Position numbers and translations under genes: made by a program. Below are positions 25,127-38,300 of a stretch of 64,000 nt of DNA, one piece after another. Position 1 is the stretch's first letter. Each line of letters begins with the position of its first letter. Source of the stretch: Oculina patagonica (Eukaryota); the NCBI RefSeq assembly GCF_052425735.1, contig NC_135770.1, positions 21,576,001 through 21,640,000 on the forward strand, given 5' to 3'. The notes beneath the pieces are model-generated. The model saw only the letters and a program-made list of their open reading frames with translations. It ran no database searches and had not been told where the DNA came from.

Positions 25127-28100
25127 TCGACTGACTGTTTGAATAAATATCCAAAGGAAAACATGTCTGGCTGGCTGCCTGACTAGCTGGCCTAAATGTT
25201 ACAACCTTCATATATCAGTCACCAACCTTTCAAACCAAGAGCCTTTCGCACAGAGTTGTAATCTGGTAAGCCATGGTCTCTTCCCCGCTGTATGTTCATG
25301 GCCGCCAAGTCCAAACCAGCATGGTGACCGGACGGAAACAAAACGTTTCTCATATCATCTACCATCTATAACCAAAAGTGAAAACAACTTAAAACCATGC
25401 AGGATTTTACTTTCGTATGGTACTTCCTGGTTGCCAATCGTTTTTTTTATTTGGCTCTATTTATCACCACAAGAGAAGGCCTGAGAGAAATTGCCTGTCT
25501 ATAGGCTAATAAAAGAAGAAAGCAGAGAGCAGAAAAATGCCATGAGTTTCTGTTTCAAAGTTGCTCTCGTACAGCCGAGGACGTCATGCACCGTCAAACG
25601 AAAGGAACGCTATGCTCGAAATTAATCAGATTTTCACACACCAGATACTGTAGAAAGGAGGGAAAACTGCCGAGAAAAGGCAAAGTCGCACGTGCGCATT
25701 TCACAAATTTTCCCCTTTAAACTGAAATCGCCAAGAAGGTCTCTGTTACAACAAACAGTGAACGCAGTAAAGGTGTACTTCAAGCAAATAAAAGTTTCCA
25801 AACGAGTGAGCAATTGTAATGGGAGCATACGGCAAAGGGTAGCTTTAAGCACAAAAAAGCGTTAAGCTCGGCTTCTAATAAAGAAACTGTTGTGGTGAGT
25901 TGGCGGCCAAGTGAAACACTCATTCAATTGATAAGGAAGAAAGGAAAAAAAGACGATTTTTTAAATGGAGGAAAACTTAGAACTTTTATCAACTTCAAGT
26001 TGATAGTTGGCAAAGAGCTCTATATGCATGCTATCTCGTTAAGGGGGCCAAACCTTTAAATCGATCTCTTGTGCAGCTTGTCTGACCGCTCCTCTAAAGA
26101 GAGGCTCTATCCCTCCCTCTCTTGACACTCTTTCAGGAGAAAAGTAAGCGTCTCTAAGAGCGAGGTGACCGTAATGAGACATCGTACCATCCTCTTCAAA
26201 GCGCCACAAGTGAGTGTTGACTTGACTGTGACCGAATCTAACATTAAAAGAAGTGTGCTAATCAAATCTCAATGTCGATAACACAATATCTCAATGCACT
26301 TGTCAGTCAAACATCAAAGTTTAAGCAGCTGATAAACAATCTTCGTATTTTCTAAGGCAGTAACTGGTAAAATAATCATGCTTCATTTCAACATTTTTGT
26401 TAAAATACTCTGTTACACCGTGCTGATAAGACCCAACCAGGTCATAGCAGCTGTACACGGTCGCATTTTGGCTTTTAGTTCGTACTCTTTCATGCCGTTG
26501 TCGCTCTAAGTGTTCTACATATAGTGTCAGCCTTGCTTAAAAAAAATATCTAAAAATAAAATAAATATGTTTATAGTGGTCATGCACTTAGCTTCATATC
26601 TCAACGAGATAGCTAGTTTACAGGCATGCCACTGAAACAGAGGAAACAAATAATTTTAAATGAACATAACAAGGTTAAAAATCCCAACTGGCAGGAGGCA
26701 GACCAGTTGGCTATATACAAAGCGTGGTCGAGGATTTGAACTCGGGACAACCGAGAAACAAATCCAGCTAGTGGCAAGGGCAGGTCTTGAACCGGAGACC
26801 TTCGGATTACAATACCAGCGCCCTAAACCACTCGGCCATGCTTGCCTCCCCAAACTTTCTTTACGTTTCTCTTATTGGCTGATTAGATCTTTCACATATC
26901 CAACTTATACCAGCGACATTTTCGTTCACGGTCCCTTGCTATATCAGTTAAACATTATCAAATCATATCATAGTTTTGTCAATGATATATTTTGGATTCA
27001 TGTGATTTTGAAGCATGTTCAGTTTTCTGGACGCTGGACTCCACAACGTGCTATGACTACAAAAGTACAAATTTGAGTTTCGCACTCGAAAGTTGTGAAA
27101 TGTGGGAAGTGCCATCTCTTTTACAGCAGAACTTGATTAAATCAAGATTTAGATGCTATTAGTCCTTTGACCTGGTTATAATTATTATGACTCAACCTGA
27201 AAGCTGCTGTAGCCATGATGTTGCTCATGCCAACGTTCACGCTGTCATTGTACCCCTCATAGGGAGGTATATGCTCAGTTCCTCCCAACAGTGCTGGCAA
27301 ATATTCACGAAACGTGATGGCCTGGAGCTCAGCCGCCACCAGGCGGCGCGCGGCCTGGAATAACTGCTCGTCTGTAGCCTGGGAAACAGAATAAGCAACT
27401 TATTTGAGACATCCATTTAGTACGATAGATTTGTGATTTATGTCTGTCGTTGAAGGGGAAAAGGATCCAGTCACCTACTTTCCAAAGATTTATGTAACGA
27501 AAGCATATGTTTGTAATATACGATGTAGTTGTAACCAATTTGCAATGTGCAAAGTTTTTTCAACAGTGTCTATTGACTTTGTAGAAAACGCAGCAAAATA
27601 TTCAATGCAAAATATCGAATTCCCAGCCTTTTGAAAATAACCACATCAACTGTAAGCTTAAATATTACGTATATTTGGGTGAAGTCTAAACGAAATGGAA
27701 ATTTGAACAACGTGTTATTGATGGAAATTTCACATTTCCAGCCTTTTAAGAAAAACAGCATAGGAACAGCAACCATATTATAAAAATAACACATGGTCGA
27801 GCCTGAATATGATAAAACGTGTGTATAAAGGGTTCCCTATAAACGAACTTAAAAATATAAACGTGCTATTAAGTTAACTTTCAACACCTGACCCGTGAGT
27901 TGCTAATACAAGTGACTTATCTCCTGGAAATACTAATTACCTGTGGATATTTATTTTTGTATTCGTCGCAAAGCCGGTTGTGTTCTCGCACAAAGAGAGT
28001 GTGAAATGCAATCAACATTGGTTGAACATTAGCTCGTGAATCTCCGGCGGCCAAAAGACTGTCTGCATCACGGCCCAGCGGATTGTCATTTGCCACAGCC

Positions 28101-31100
28101 ATCGTGTTTCTCTGCTCGAGAAAGGGAAACGTTATAATAAAAAATCAATAACTTAAATATTTTGTTATGAATAGGGCTAACCACTCGACCAAGATAAGGC
28201 TGACCACTCAGTAGGGCTAAACACTCGTCCACCCCGTTTGCAAAGGTCACTGCCCCCGAATTTAGTCAGGCTACGCCCCGAGGTCCAAGCACTTACCCTT
28301 TTAATTTTTAACAGAAAAGGTAACCCTTTTGTATACCTCCCATAGAAGATAGTACTCCTTTCCCATACCTACAGAACAGTTACTTCATTTTCTTTCTTTA
28401 TATTTAACTTGAATAACCCCCTTAAAATATTTATAAAATAAACCGATCACTCGTTGGGTCTGTTCAAGACATTTTGAAAGGCTCTTCTAAATATCTAAAT
28501 AACAGTTTTCCCTTTGCCCTTTTGTACACTTCAATCGTGAAATCTCTTCTCTTTCATATACCTACAACTTTCATAAGGTAGGCCCCTTTCGGGCGGAGCG
28601 CCAATCGCAGTGTAGTCCACTATAGGGAGTACCCCCTGGGCACTCATTCCTTGTTGGTACCCATTTATACATTGAAGTGAATAGGGACATAGGGAGCATA
28701 AAGATTTTTTGGCCAACATGAGCCTGAATAGTCGCCACGTCATGCTTGCGTCGTTTTGGTTGCTAATGATTCTTGTTATTTCCTTTACCTGTTCAGTCAA
28801 CGAAGTATTGATATCGTAAGAAGAAATTATAATTTGACAAAATCGCGGCTGAAACGTACCGGTATAAGACCATCAGGTCCAAGTTTCAGCTTGCCATCTT
28901 TGAATTCTCGTAACGCATTACTCCTTGTTTCAGACTCGCCATACACCACTGAACCGTCAATATATGACGTCAGCCTGTTAACCTGTTGTCTTGGAGTGTC
29001 GGTAAAGCGCCCGGTGCACCTAGAACAAAACAACTTATTGAGACAAGGCTCTTTTCTGCAGTTCGTGCGAATTTTGGAAGGTATGAAGAGAGTGTTCCGC
29101 CCCTTATTGCTTCCGAAAGCACTCAACCTATGTTATGTAATGTTCCAGAATCCACCATAAGTCGGATTTCAAAAAAATTCAATAACGCCTCCCCCTCCAC
29201 CTTTTTGGAGGCTTCTATCTACACATACTCCAATTAATACAATTAATGTATTTCCTCCATCCCGCCTAGTATGTGTAATTTTAAAGGAACTAGTTTCAAA
29301 GCTCGCCATGGGATGACTCACTACAAGGTTCTATTTCAGGTTGCTTGAGAAGAATTGTCGAGACAAAATATTTCAAGTCACCAACACAATATATTTTTCT
29401 TCGACAATAAAATCCACCGACCGGCCTCTCTTCACTTTTTAACAAAATAACATTGACCGATACAATAAATCGAACCTGTTATAAGTGGAACGCACAAAAG
29501 GAAGATAGATATCGCCTTTGTTCAGAGGATCGAAGTGGACATCTCCCTGATTAAAGTAAAAAATCAAAGAACGGTTATGAAACCGAAACGAAAATACAGC
29601 TTAAATGACAAAGCATTTTTGTTAGTTTTTTTAAACTGACCTTCGGTACTTTAATAGGAAGCCATACGTCACTCACGACGCCTTGAAATTCATAGCGAGG
29701 CAGCGGGCTGGAGAAATCTGTGTCGTGCGCTAAAAACTGCAGAAATACTTCATTGTGAGTTCCTCTACAATAATTATTGTAATTAATCAAAGCTCAGACA
29801 AGTTGATTTTTCTTATCGTCCAATAACTGACTGACTGACTGACTGCCTGACTGACTGCCTGACTGCCTGACTGACTGACTGACTGACTGACTGACTGACT
29901 GACTGACTGACTGACTGACTGACTGACTGACTGACTGACTGACTGACTGACTGACTGACTGATGGACGGACTAATGAATAGATGGCCCATGGCCCATGGA
30001 ATATGTTACCTGACCGAAGTGCGAATGTAAATCGCTAAGTCTGCGAGCGCTAATCTTGGATTCAATCTAGAAATAAACACAACGAATGTCTATCAGAGTC
30101 AAATTCCAAACTGTATTCCCCTTAGATCCGAACTAGCAAACAACCGTGTGACGTTGGCCAGATAATAAAAATAGCATTTAAGGAAGCCATAAAGCCGAGT
30201 TAAATTGCTCGAGTACAACTAATTAATTTATTTTGCTATACGTATATGGATTATGTCATTAGCAAAAAGAGAAAAGAAATTAAGCTCTCGAGAACTCTAG
30301 CCCAGCTAGCTAGCCCAGCATCCCTTGCTCACCGAGCCCCCAACGCCGTTTACTCTTATTTTGCGCTTACAACTTTTCACACCTGTTGAAAGAGCTTGTT
30401 GCTGACTGCTCTCGGCGGGGGCCTGTGAGAACCAAATCCGTTCACTTCATCCGTATATCTACATTTCCCTGTTTGCTTCTCTTCTGGGGTACATGTGCCG
30501 GAGGGCAGTGCGATGCCATCAGGGTACACGGCCGGTACATCACGTGTTACGTCCTCCAAAGCAGCACCCCACCACACGTGATCTTTATTGTATGAGGTAC
30601 CGTCCAGTCGTCTGAAAGATAAGCGACGCCCTTTAAGGGCGTCACGCAATCTTCCTAGCTCAGAAAATTGCGTGATGAGCCCAAAAAACGTCCACATAAG
30701 AAAAAAAACCCCTTTGTTTGCACACAACAACCAAACTAATGTAACTGCGAGTTTTTCAAAAACTATGTTATTGACCATATATTTCTGCTACACCAACGCT
30801 CCGCCTTCCAAATCGACGAACAAAGAATTCCTTTTTTTTACCTCAACTCGCGGTAGCACCATAACCATTTACCTTTAGAACGGTTTTACTTGGGCGTCAA
30901 AAATTATTAATTTGCATTTCTACGCTTAATGATTGGCTTAAAAATCTCGCGCCACTTTTTTGACCAATCGCATGCGTTTGCACGCATTTTAAACAAACTA
31001 CATGTATTTTCTTCAAGTTTTGATTTATTCACTGAATTATCTGTGCCAATTGTGATTGGCAGAGTGATTGATTCGGCTTTGGTTTTACGACACTCGATCC

Positions 31101-33573
31101 AAAATCACTCTATCTTGTCCTAAATGTATTAACAACAACATTAAATTTCCCTACCTTCCTTCTGTCACTGTTGGCACTGGTCCGATTTTTCTACCACCCT
31201 GGCATTCGCTATTAGTGTAGTTGCGTTGGTACGAAAATATCACGAAACCAGTGCTATTGGCGGTCAGCGATTGTTGACCCGAACTAGGTACCAGACCCAC
31301 CGTGTAGCCGAAGATCTCAGTACTTAGTTCTGCCGGGTTTATTCCAGGATTTAGTTGGAAATTCACTGTTTTTCCATCTGGATTGACAGTTACCGTTGCA
31401 TGAGACGGCTGAAATGAAATATGAGTTGAAAAGTTATTTTCTTGTAATAAAAATTAAACAATGGTTATTTACCGTCGTATTGGTAAGCTGGAAAGCGTAG
31501 TTTATTTCATGTTTTACTATCGCAACGTCGCGTGTTCAAGGACTGTGTAATAATAATCAGGAATAGGGGTTGTAAAATTAGAGGGGGCAGAGTGTAAAAT
31601 AATACACAGAGAGAGGGAGAGGCAATGTCTTAATTATTTTATGAAAAGATGGGGTGATACTTGTTAACGAAATCACACGTTCATTTTTCTCGTTGTGTAT
31701 AATGTATGAAAAATGAAACAGAGGGCATTGCCAGTAATTGTGTCATGTTTTAAATTATTTTGACTTTTAACTTTTTAATATTAGATCTTTCCATTTTCTG
31801 CCTTCTTGTCAAGTTGGTTTGTGTAAAAGCTCCTAAACCGCTATCTCGATCAACTTTTCTCATATGACAGGAGCCTATCTGCATATGAATGCTCGATAAA
31901 AGATGGCTTGGGGAGAGGGTAACCCCCCCCCCCCCCCCCCCCAGGGACACCTCTTCTCCATATAAACGGGCCCTAACATAAGGTAGAAAAACATCTCACC
32001 GGTAAAAGAAAAAGCACTTTACCTGTTTATTAATCTCAGTAACTTTTAAAGTAAAACATTTGTCAAGGGAAGAATATGGCCACGTCTTGCCTGAGTCAGC
32101 AAACCTCAAAAAAAAAAAACATTCCAAAGAACTAAATCATTGATCAGAGCTTACATGCAACAGAAAACAAACCAAACAATTCCGCACCGAGTGGGTGTCG
32201 TATATCAAAATACGACACTCAAGAAACATCGAGGGGACTGAGCGCCCGTTTATAGTGCATAAAGGTATCTGTGGCGTCTTTAATATTCCCTTTCCCCCCC
32301 TATTTTCGAAAGAAACCGTAAACGTTCACGTACCGTGAAAATAAAAAACGTCAAGAAAATGCCGCATGGCGCTGAGATCTATTTTAACTTCCTTCTTTCG
32401 TTAATCTATATAGAATGCAAGTTTTGGCAGTTCGTGACTTTCGCCACTTTCTTTGCGTTCGTTGCCTTTACGAAGAAGAAGAAGAAGAAGAAGAAGAAGA
32501 AGAAGAAGAAGAAGAAGAAGAACTTTCTTTGCTATTGATCTGCAACGCGCATGCGTGTCCGGAATTCTGGAGTGTTACATGAAACTGAAACAACTTTTAA
32601 AACACAATACCTTTCAGGCCTTATGATTCGTATTCTTGTATTAGGAATCACATCCCTGTACGTCACGTGCATGGCACTTGCTGGCCACGTGACTTTTACG
32701 GTGACGTTTCCTCCATCTCGCCCCAGTCCAAAGTGAGCGGCAAGAGAGCTCTGGCCCAAGTAGTGTGTACTGGAACCGATTTCTTGTGTCTTGAAAAAGA
32801 AAACAGAACAGATAGAACAGAACAAATCGAACAGAAGTACCTTTTGATATATACTTTTATAGATTTGAATACAGGAAACTTCCTCGCAGTTATGCCAGAA
32901 GGATGCCTGAATTAATTCAGGTTTAAAAAGGATACGACCCAGTGACCTTTCCGATACCGGTGCAGTGCTTTAACAACTGAACTTTAGTTTCTTATATTCC
33001 CTTAGATGATGCGAAAATGAAACTGCATATATAATATTTCATATAGTCACTTTCCTATGATTTTATTGGTTTTTGAAAGGACATAACCAAAGATCTGGTA
33101 AAGACATATCCTTTTTATCCGGCACTGAAAATTGTTTGTTTGCTAGTCTTTAGCCTTCATGATTATTTGACATCATATTCACTTTCACGTCCACCCGATG
33201 CGCCTGCCAATTAACATTCCCAGATTGTGAAATCGAGGATTTATGACTATTAATTACTGTACTCCGATAATGCGAGAAGTAAAAAAATGATTTGACCTTA
33301 TTTCGATTTTCTTAGAGTTTAAAGATACGCATAAAGAAAGATAATACTTAAGACACTGTTGGTTTACCTGGGTGTGGTTGTTTTGCATAATAACCTTCAC
33401 ACGGGCGGCGAGACTGTCACATAACTTGTCGAGATTCAATAGGCAGCTAAACACAACATGAAATGCATGTTAGACAAAAAGACTCACATCTGACACTTTC
33501 TAGCTAGTCGACCGGTTAGCTCAGTTGGTAGAGCGACAGACTACAGTGCGGGAGGTCTCGGGTTCGAGTCCCA

Positions 33574-33614
<41 letters not shown>

Positions 33615-35298
33615 TATCCTGTCTTTGCAATAACATCTGCAAATGGTTAGATATTCTAGTATTCTCGGATAAGGACGATAAACCGTAGGCCCCGTCTCCT
33701 GCATCTTCAGTGTTATGGTCAGAAGGGGACGTAAAAGAACCCACACGCTTATCGTAAAGAGTAGGGCATGGAGTTCCCGGTGTTGTGGTCTGGTCTTTGC
33801 TCATTGTGCTGTGTACTGTGAAATGCTCGGAGATATTAGCTGTATAAGCTACTCTTCAAATCCGAGGGTAAACAAAGTGATGATAATGGTGATGATGATG
33901 ACATGTTATCGCGCTATGTTCGGTAGTGCAGCAGCCCTAGCAGTTCTCTTGTAGGCCATCCCTTTTTGGGCTAGTGGCATTGTTTCTGTTATTTGTTCTA
34001 TTGGTCTCTCGAATTGTAACAAGCCAGTCATGTGAGACCTTGGCAAAGCTGCTACCCGACCGGACATGTTAACGCGACAATGAGTCCAATTTGTGTCCCT
34101 TTTCGCATCTGAGGTGGTTTTACTGTATTCTTGTATTATACAGGCTGGGAAACAAGTGCCTTTTTTTTTTAGCAAATATTCGTTTAAGCGAATTAATTTA
34201 AATAAGTGTATTTTCAATATATAGTTGACTTACCGATGAACAACACGTACTCTTATCCAGTTGTTTGGTTCTTTTTGTTGATTTTGGTAAAAGAATGGAG
34301 CTCCAATATTATTACATACTACGATGTCTTCGTCACCATCATCTAAACAGGTAAATGAAATATAGAACCTATTTGAGAACTAGATAAGTGATTTTTCTCA
34401 TCCGTACACCGTTGCAGGCTTCTGCTTTCAAAATATGAGCTCTGAAACCGTTACTTTCTATGGGTTATCTCGCCCTCTGTTTTGCCTGAATAGAAATACT
34501 CCTTACCCAATTATTTTGCAAAAAAAAGGTAAAAACCTGACCCCGTTTCACAAAAAGACAGCTCAAAACCTTAGCCTTTGGGTTCACATACACGTTTCTA
34601 ACTTTTAAAGTAGTGACTGTTATATATGCCGAAATTATTTATCTGTCTCACCATCATAGTCCCACTTTAGCAGACCTCGCCCTTGTCCCGTGCCATTCAA
34701 ACCATACAAAGCAGACACCTAAAAAGGCAAGGAGAAAAAAAATGAATAAAATAAAATCCTGCGATTTTTCCTAGAATTAAAGTTTTAAACATTCACTGCA
34801 GACTCGTACCCAGTCGTCACTTATTGTTAAAACAAGCTGATGAGTCTGAGAACGACAATTGACGCGCGCAAAGGCACTTAGGAAGGAGGAAGGAAAAGTG
34901 ACGGCGCTTTTTTTTTTTCTTCCTTTCTTCCCCTTATGAAGCGCGAAACTAAGTCGCGAATAAGAGAAGCGACAGGGTATGAGTCTGCATTTACTGATAT
35001 AGGCCGGGATTTAACACTTATGAAAACACCAGTTACCTCTCGTGTTGTTCCATTGTGAGCAGCTCCGAGGTTCTGCCACAAGTGCATCGTGTTCGCTCGA
35101 AAATAATCATCCGTAGTTGTCGTCGGAAAATCAATACCTAATAAGGAAATATTGATATTAAAGCAGAGATTACAACTCTTTGTCAAATTTTCAAGTAATT
35201 TAAACACTTCTAAAGAAATTTCATTTTTCTATAGGTATTTTTATTTCGTGGCGCACCTGCAAACTAGCTTTTTAGGTAAGCGTGTTGACCACGCTAAA

Positions 35299-35348
<50 letters not shown>

Positions 35349-38300
35349 GAAACAGCCCCGTTTACGTACTGTGCAATCGCACATGATAGCTTACCGCTAG
35401 TCATAATGAAATCCAGGAATCCATCGTTATTAAAGTCCACGAACGCCGCACCCCAGCCCCACCCACCATTTGTTACACCGGCCTACAAACAAAGAAACAA
35501 ACAAAAACAAACAGACAAGCATGTTGGAAGACTATTGAAAGTATTATTGTTTATGGCAGACACAATTAAAGATTGTTCTATAAAAAAACGGATCACAGTT
35601 CAGTTCACAATTAGCAGAGTAGTACTGAGAAAATACTTTTTTACATTTTAAAATTGTTTACTCATAAGATATTGTAATCAAGCTATTTTTAAATTTTTAA
35701 TTATTTTTATTTTTTTTTACTTATACTAGTTTCTATTTTTTTTATAATGTATTTTAATTATTGTCATGCGCTTTTAACATGATGTTTGGTTTACTAAACA
35801 AACTTGGAGACTTTTTAATTTTCGGTTTATTTTTCTTTATTTGACACTTCGTGATTGTTACACAAGGTAGTGAACATTTGATCATGTGACCTAAGTGAGT
35901 GTTCGTTTCGCACGTGTTCGATAGAATCATCGAAATCATCGCCGTTTTATAGATCAAGTCGCCGTTTTATCCGCACAGAATTTTTCATCGGTAATGTGTA
36001 ATGTGTTGTAATCGCTCAAATGATGCTGCAATGCCGTGTTATGGTGAATGCAGAAAGAATTATAGAGTGTAAAACAGCCTCACCGCGTTGGATTTTCTGT
36101 GTGTACTCAACACATGAGCCTCTGGCTCGGATGTAGAGGGCAACCTCATCCCGCGCCATGACATTAATNNNNNNNNNNNNNNNNNNNNNNNNNNNNNNNN
36201 NNNNNNNNNNNNNNNNNNNNNNNNNNNNNNNNNNNNNNNNNNNNNNNNNNNNNNNNNNNNNNNNNNNNNNNNNNNNNNNNNNNNNNNNNNNNNNNNNNNN
36301 NNNNNNNNNNNNNNNNNNNNNNNNNNNNNNNNNNNNNNNNNTTAAATCGCTACATTTTTATTAATGTTAAGAGAGGATCAGTGAAGAATTTGGATCCAGT
36401 TTACAAACTGGACTCACAAAATATAACGACCATCAGAAACAAATCTAATATTTCGTTTTGCTGATCTGAAGTAATGAACAACAAACAGTTACACAAGAAG
36501 GTATTGTTTAAAGTAGATTTCATTTGAATTAAAACGGCGTAATTAATTTGGTACAAACTCTGGGAAAAATGGTTGAATTTCTCAACAAATTTCAAACTCA
36601 TCCTTTTTCGTAGATATTTATATTTCGTACTGTCCTAATTGTACTATTTTCACCTCACATTCTCCCTATAAATGATAGCTGTTGTAGCTAGCTACGTTCT
36701 GTGTTATGGGAGTTCTTGACGTCTTTATGTAATTTGTCCAATACGTAATATCACCTTTCTTAACGATTGCAGATCAAACTAAGTAACTCTACATTACCTC
36801 CTTTGTGACATCTTCAAACTGCCGTCCTCCCAGATTACGGAATAGCACGTTTCCACTGTTATCGAATTTACAACCTGACACGGAGCAATCTGTTCTGTTG
36901 TGCCATATGGCGCTAGAAAACCAGTCAAGGTACCCATCATTATCCCAGTCCCCTATTGCATGACCCATAGCGTCCTGAAAACGAGATGTACATATTGATT
37001 TGTTGAAAGACGACCAAGAGTAAATAAAAAATCGTTAAAGGTGATGGGCCGGGGTGCATGTTGAAAAAATTGATGGAAACGTACCAAACTCCTATAAATG
37101 AAGAAAAAGGAAAGAGGGCACTTAAAGTGAGAAATGTCATGATATATTAAGTCATTTTTTTTTTTTTCTTCTTACTTCGAAGTCAAAAGAAACCTCAAAA
37201 GGGTATAATTTTTATAACGCATAAAAGCTTCAAATTGGATCTTGTTTGGTGCCACTAGATAGATTTGAGGACAAATTCTTAAACAATTAAATTTACAGTT
37301 TTTATTTACTACTAAGAGTTCTTTAATATTATATGTATGGGCTATGACAAAGGTAACGGGTTTTTTTCCTTATAAATTCGTGTAAAATTGTCAAAGCGGG
37401 CAAGCGCTTTGCAAAAGCGTTCCATTGTTAACAATTATTTCCAAAACTCACTCTGAGCACAAAAATGATTTATACCTGCTTTGCTTTAATGCCGCAAAAT
37501 TGTGTACATTCCGTAAAGTTGTATTGTTGCGTGTTCCAAAACATTCTACTATCTCCATAATCTGCAGTTACTAACAGTTCTTGCCAACCGTCATTGTCAA
37601 AGTCCTGCAAATAAGGATTCATTTATTAGACCAATCACGCGAACTTTAATATGACATGAGGTTGCAAGACAAAAAGAAAATGTCTTAAGGCACCTTTTCC
37701 TAACACTCACTTAACTGGGTCCGGACGTAAAAGCGACAAATTTCTCTGTGCTGACAGACCTGGTTTAACCCGAGCTGTTGAAATTTAGACTTCTGTGGCC
37801 TTGGAAGATCGTTCTATCGAAACCATGGTCAGTTTCATTCCTCCCTGAGTATGCAATGCCGCACGCAGAAACAAACTGACGAACTCGTGGAAATGAAATT
37901 GTATACGTTTTATATTCGTGTCCTGGCAAAAAAGGGCAATGTTAATTAAGAAACACACTGGTTGTTTTAGTACTGCTCTGGAAGGTGTTTACAGAATCCC
38001 TGGCCAAATAAACGTTTCAATAGGACAATTCTACTCCGTTGCAAAGTTAATGTCTTAGAGCATGGCCGGGATTCCACTGCATTTTAATCTTGCTCAAGCA
38101 CCAACTGTTACTCAAAAGCTTCTTCTTCTACTGAGGTTAAGAGCTTATCAGAGCCTGTACTGTATCCAAAGCAACTTACTGTAAATGAAGAACCAAACGT
38201 GTAAGTTCCTCGATTGAGCAAAGATTTTTGGTAAGAATTATCCATATCCACGCCTGCTTCCATGGTTACATCTTCAAAATACCTGGAAAATAAAAGAACT

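Noticed and set aside
29787-29990. SQSV-repeat ORF and the poly-Lys ORF at 32335-32538
   Set aside because: They are translations of (GACT)n and (GAA)n microsatellites.
33510-33582. Apparent tRNA gene
   Set aside because: It continues into a ~300-bp body that is repeated at 61.4 kb and ends in a simple-repeat tail, so it is a SINE head. The same applies to the tRNA-like heads at 26.8 kb and 48.3 kb.
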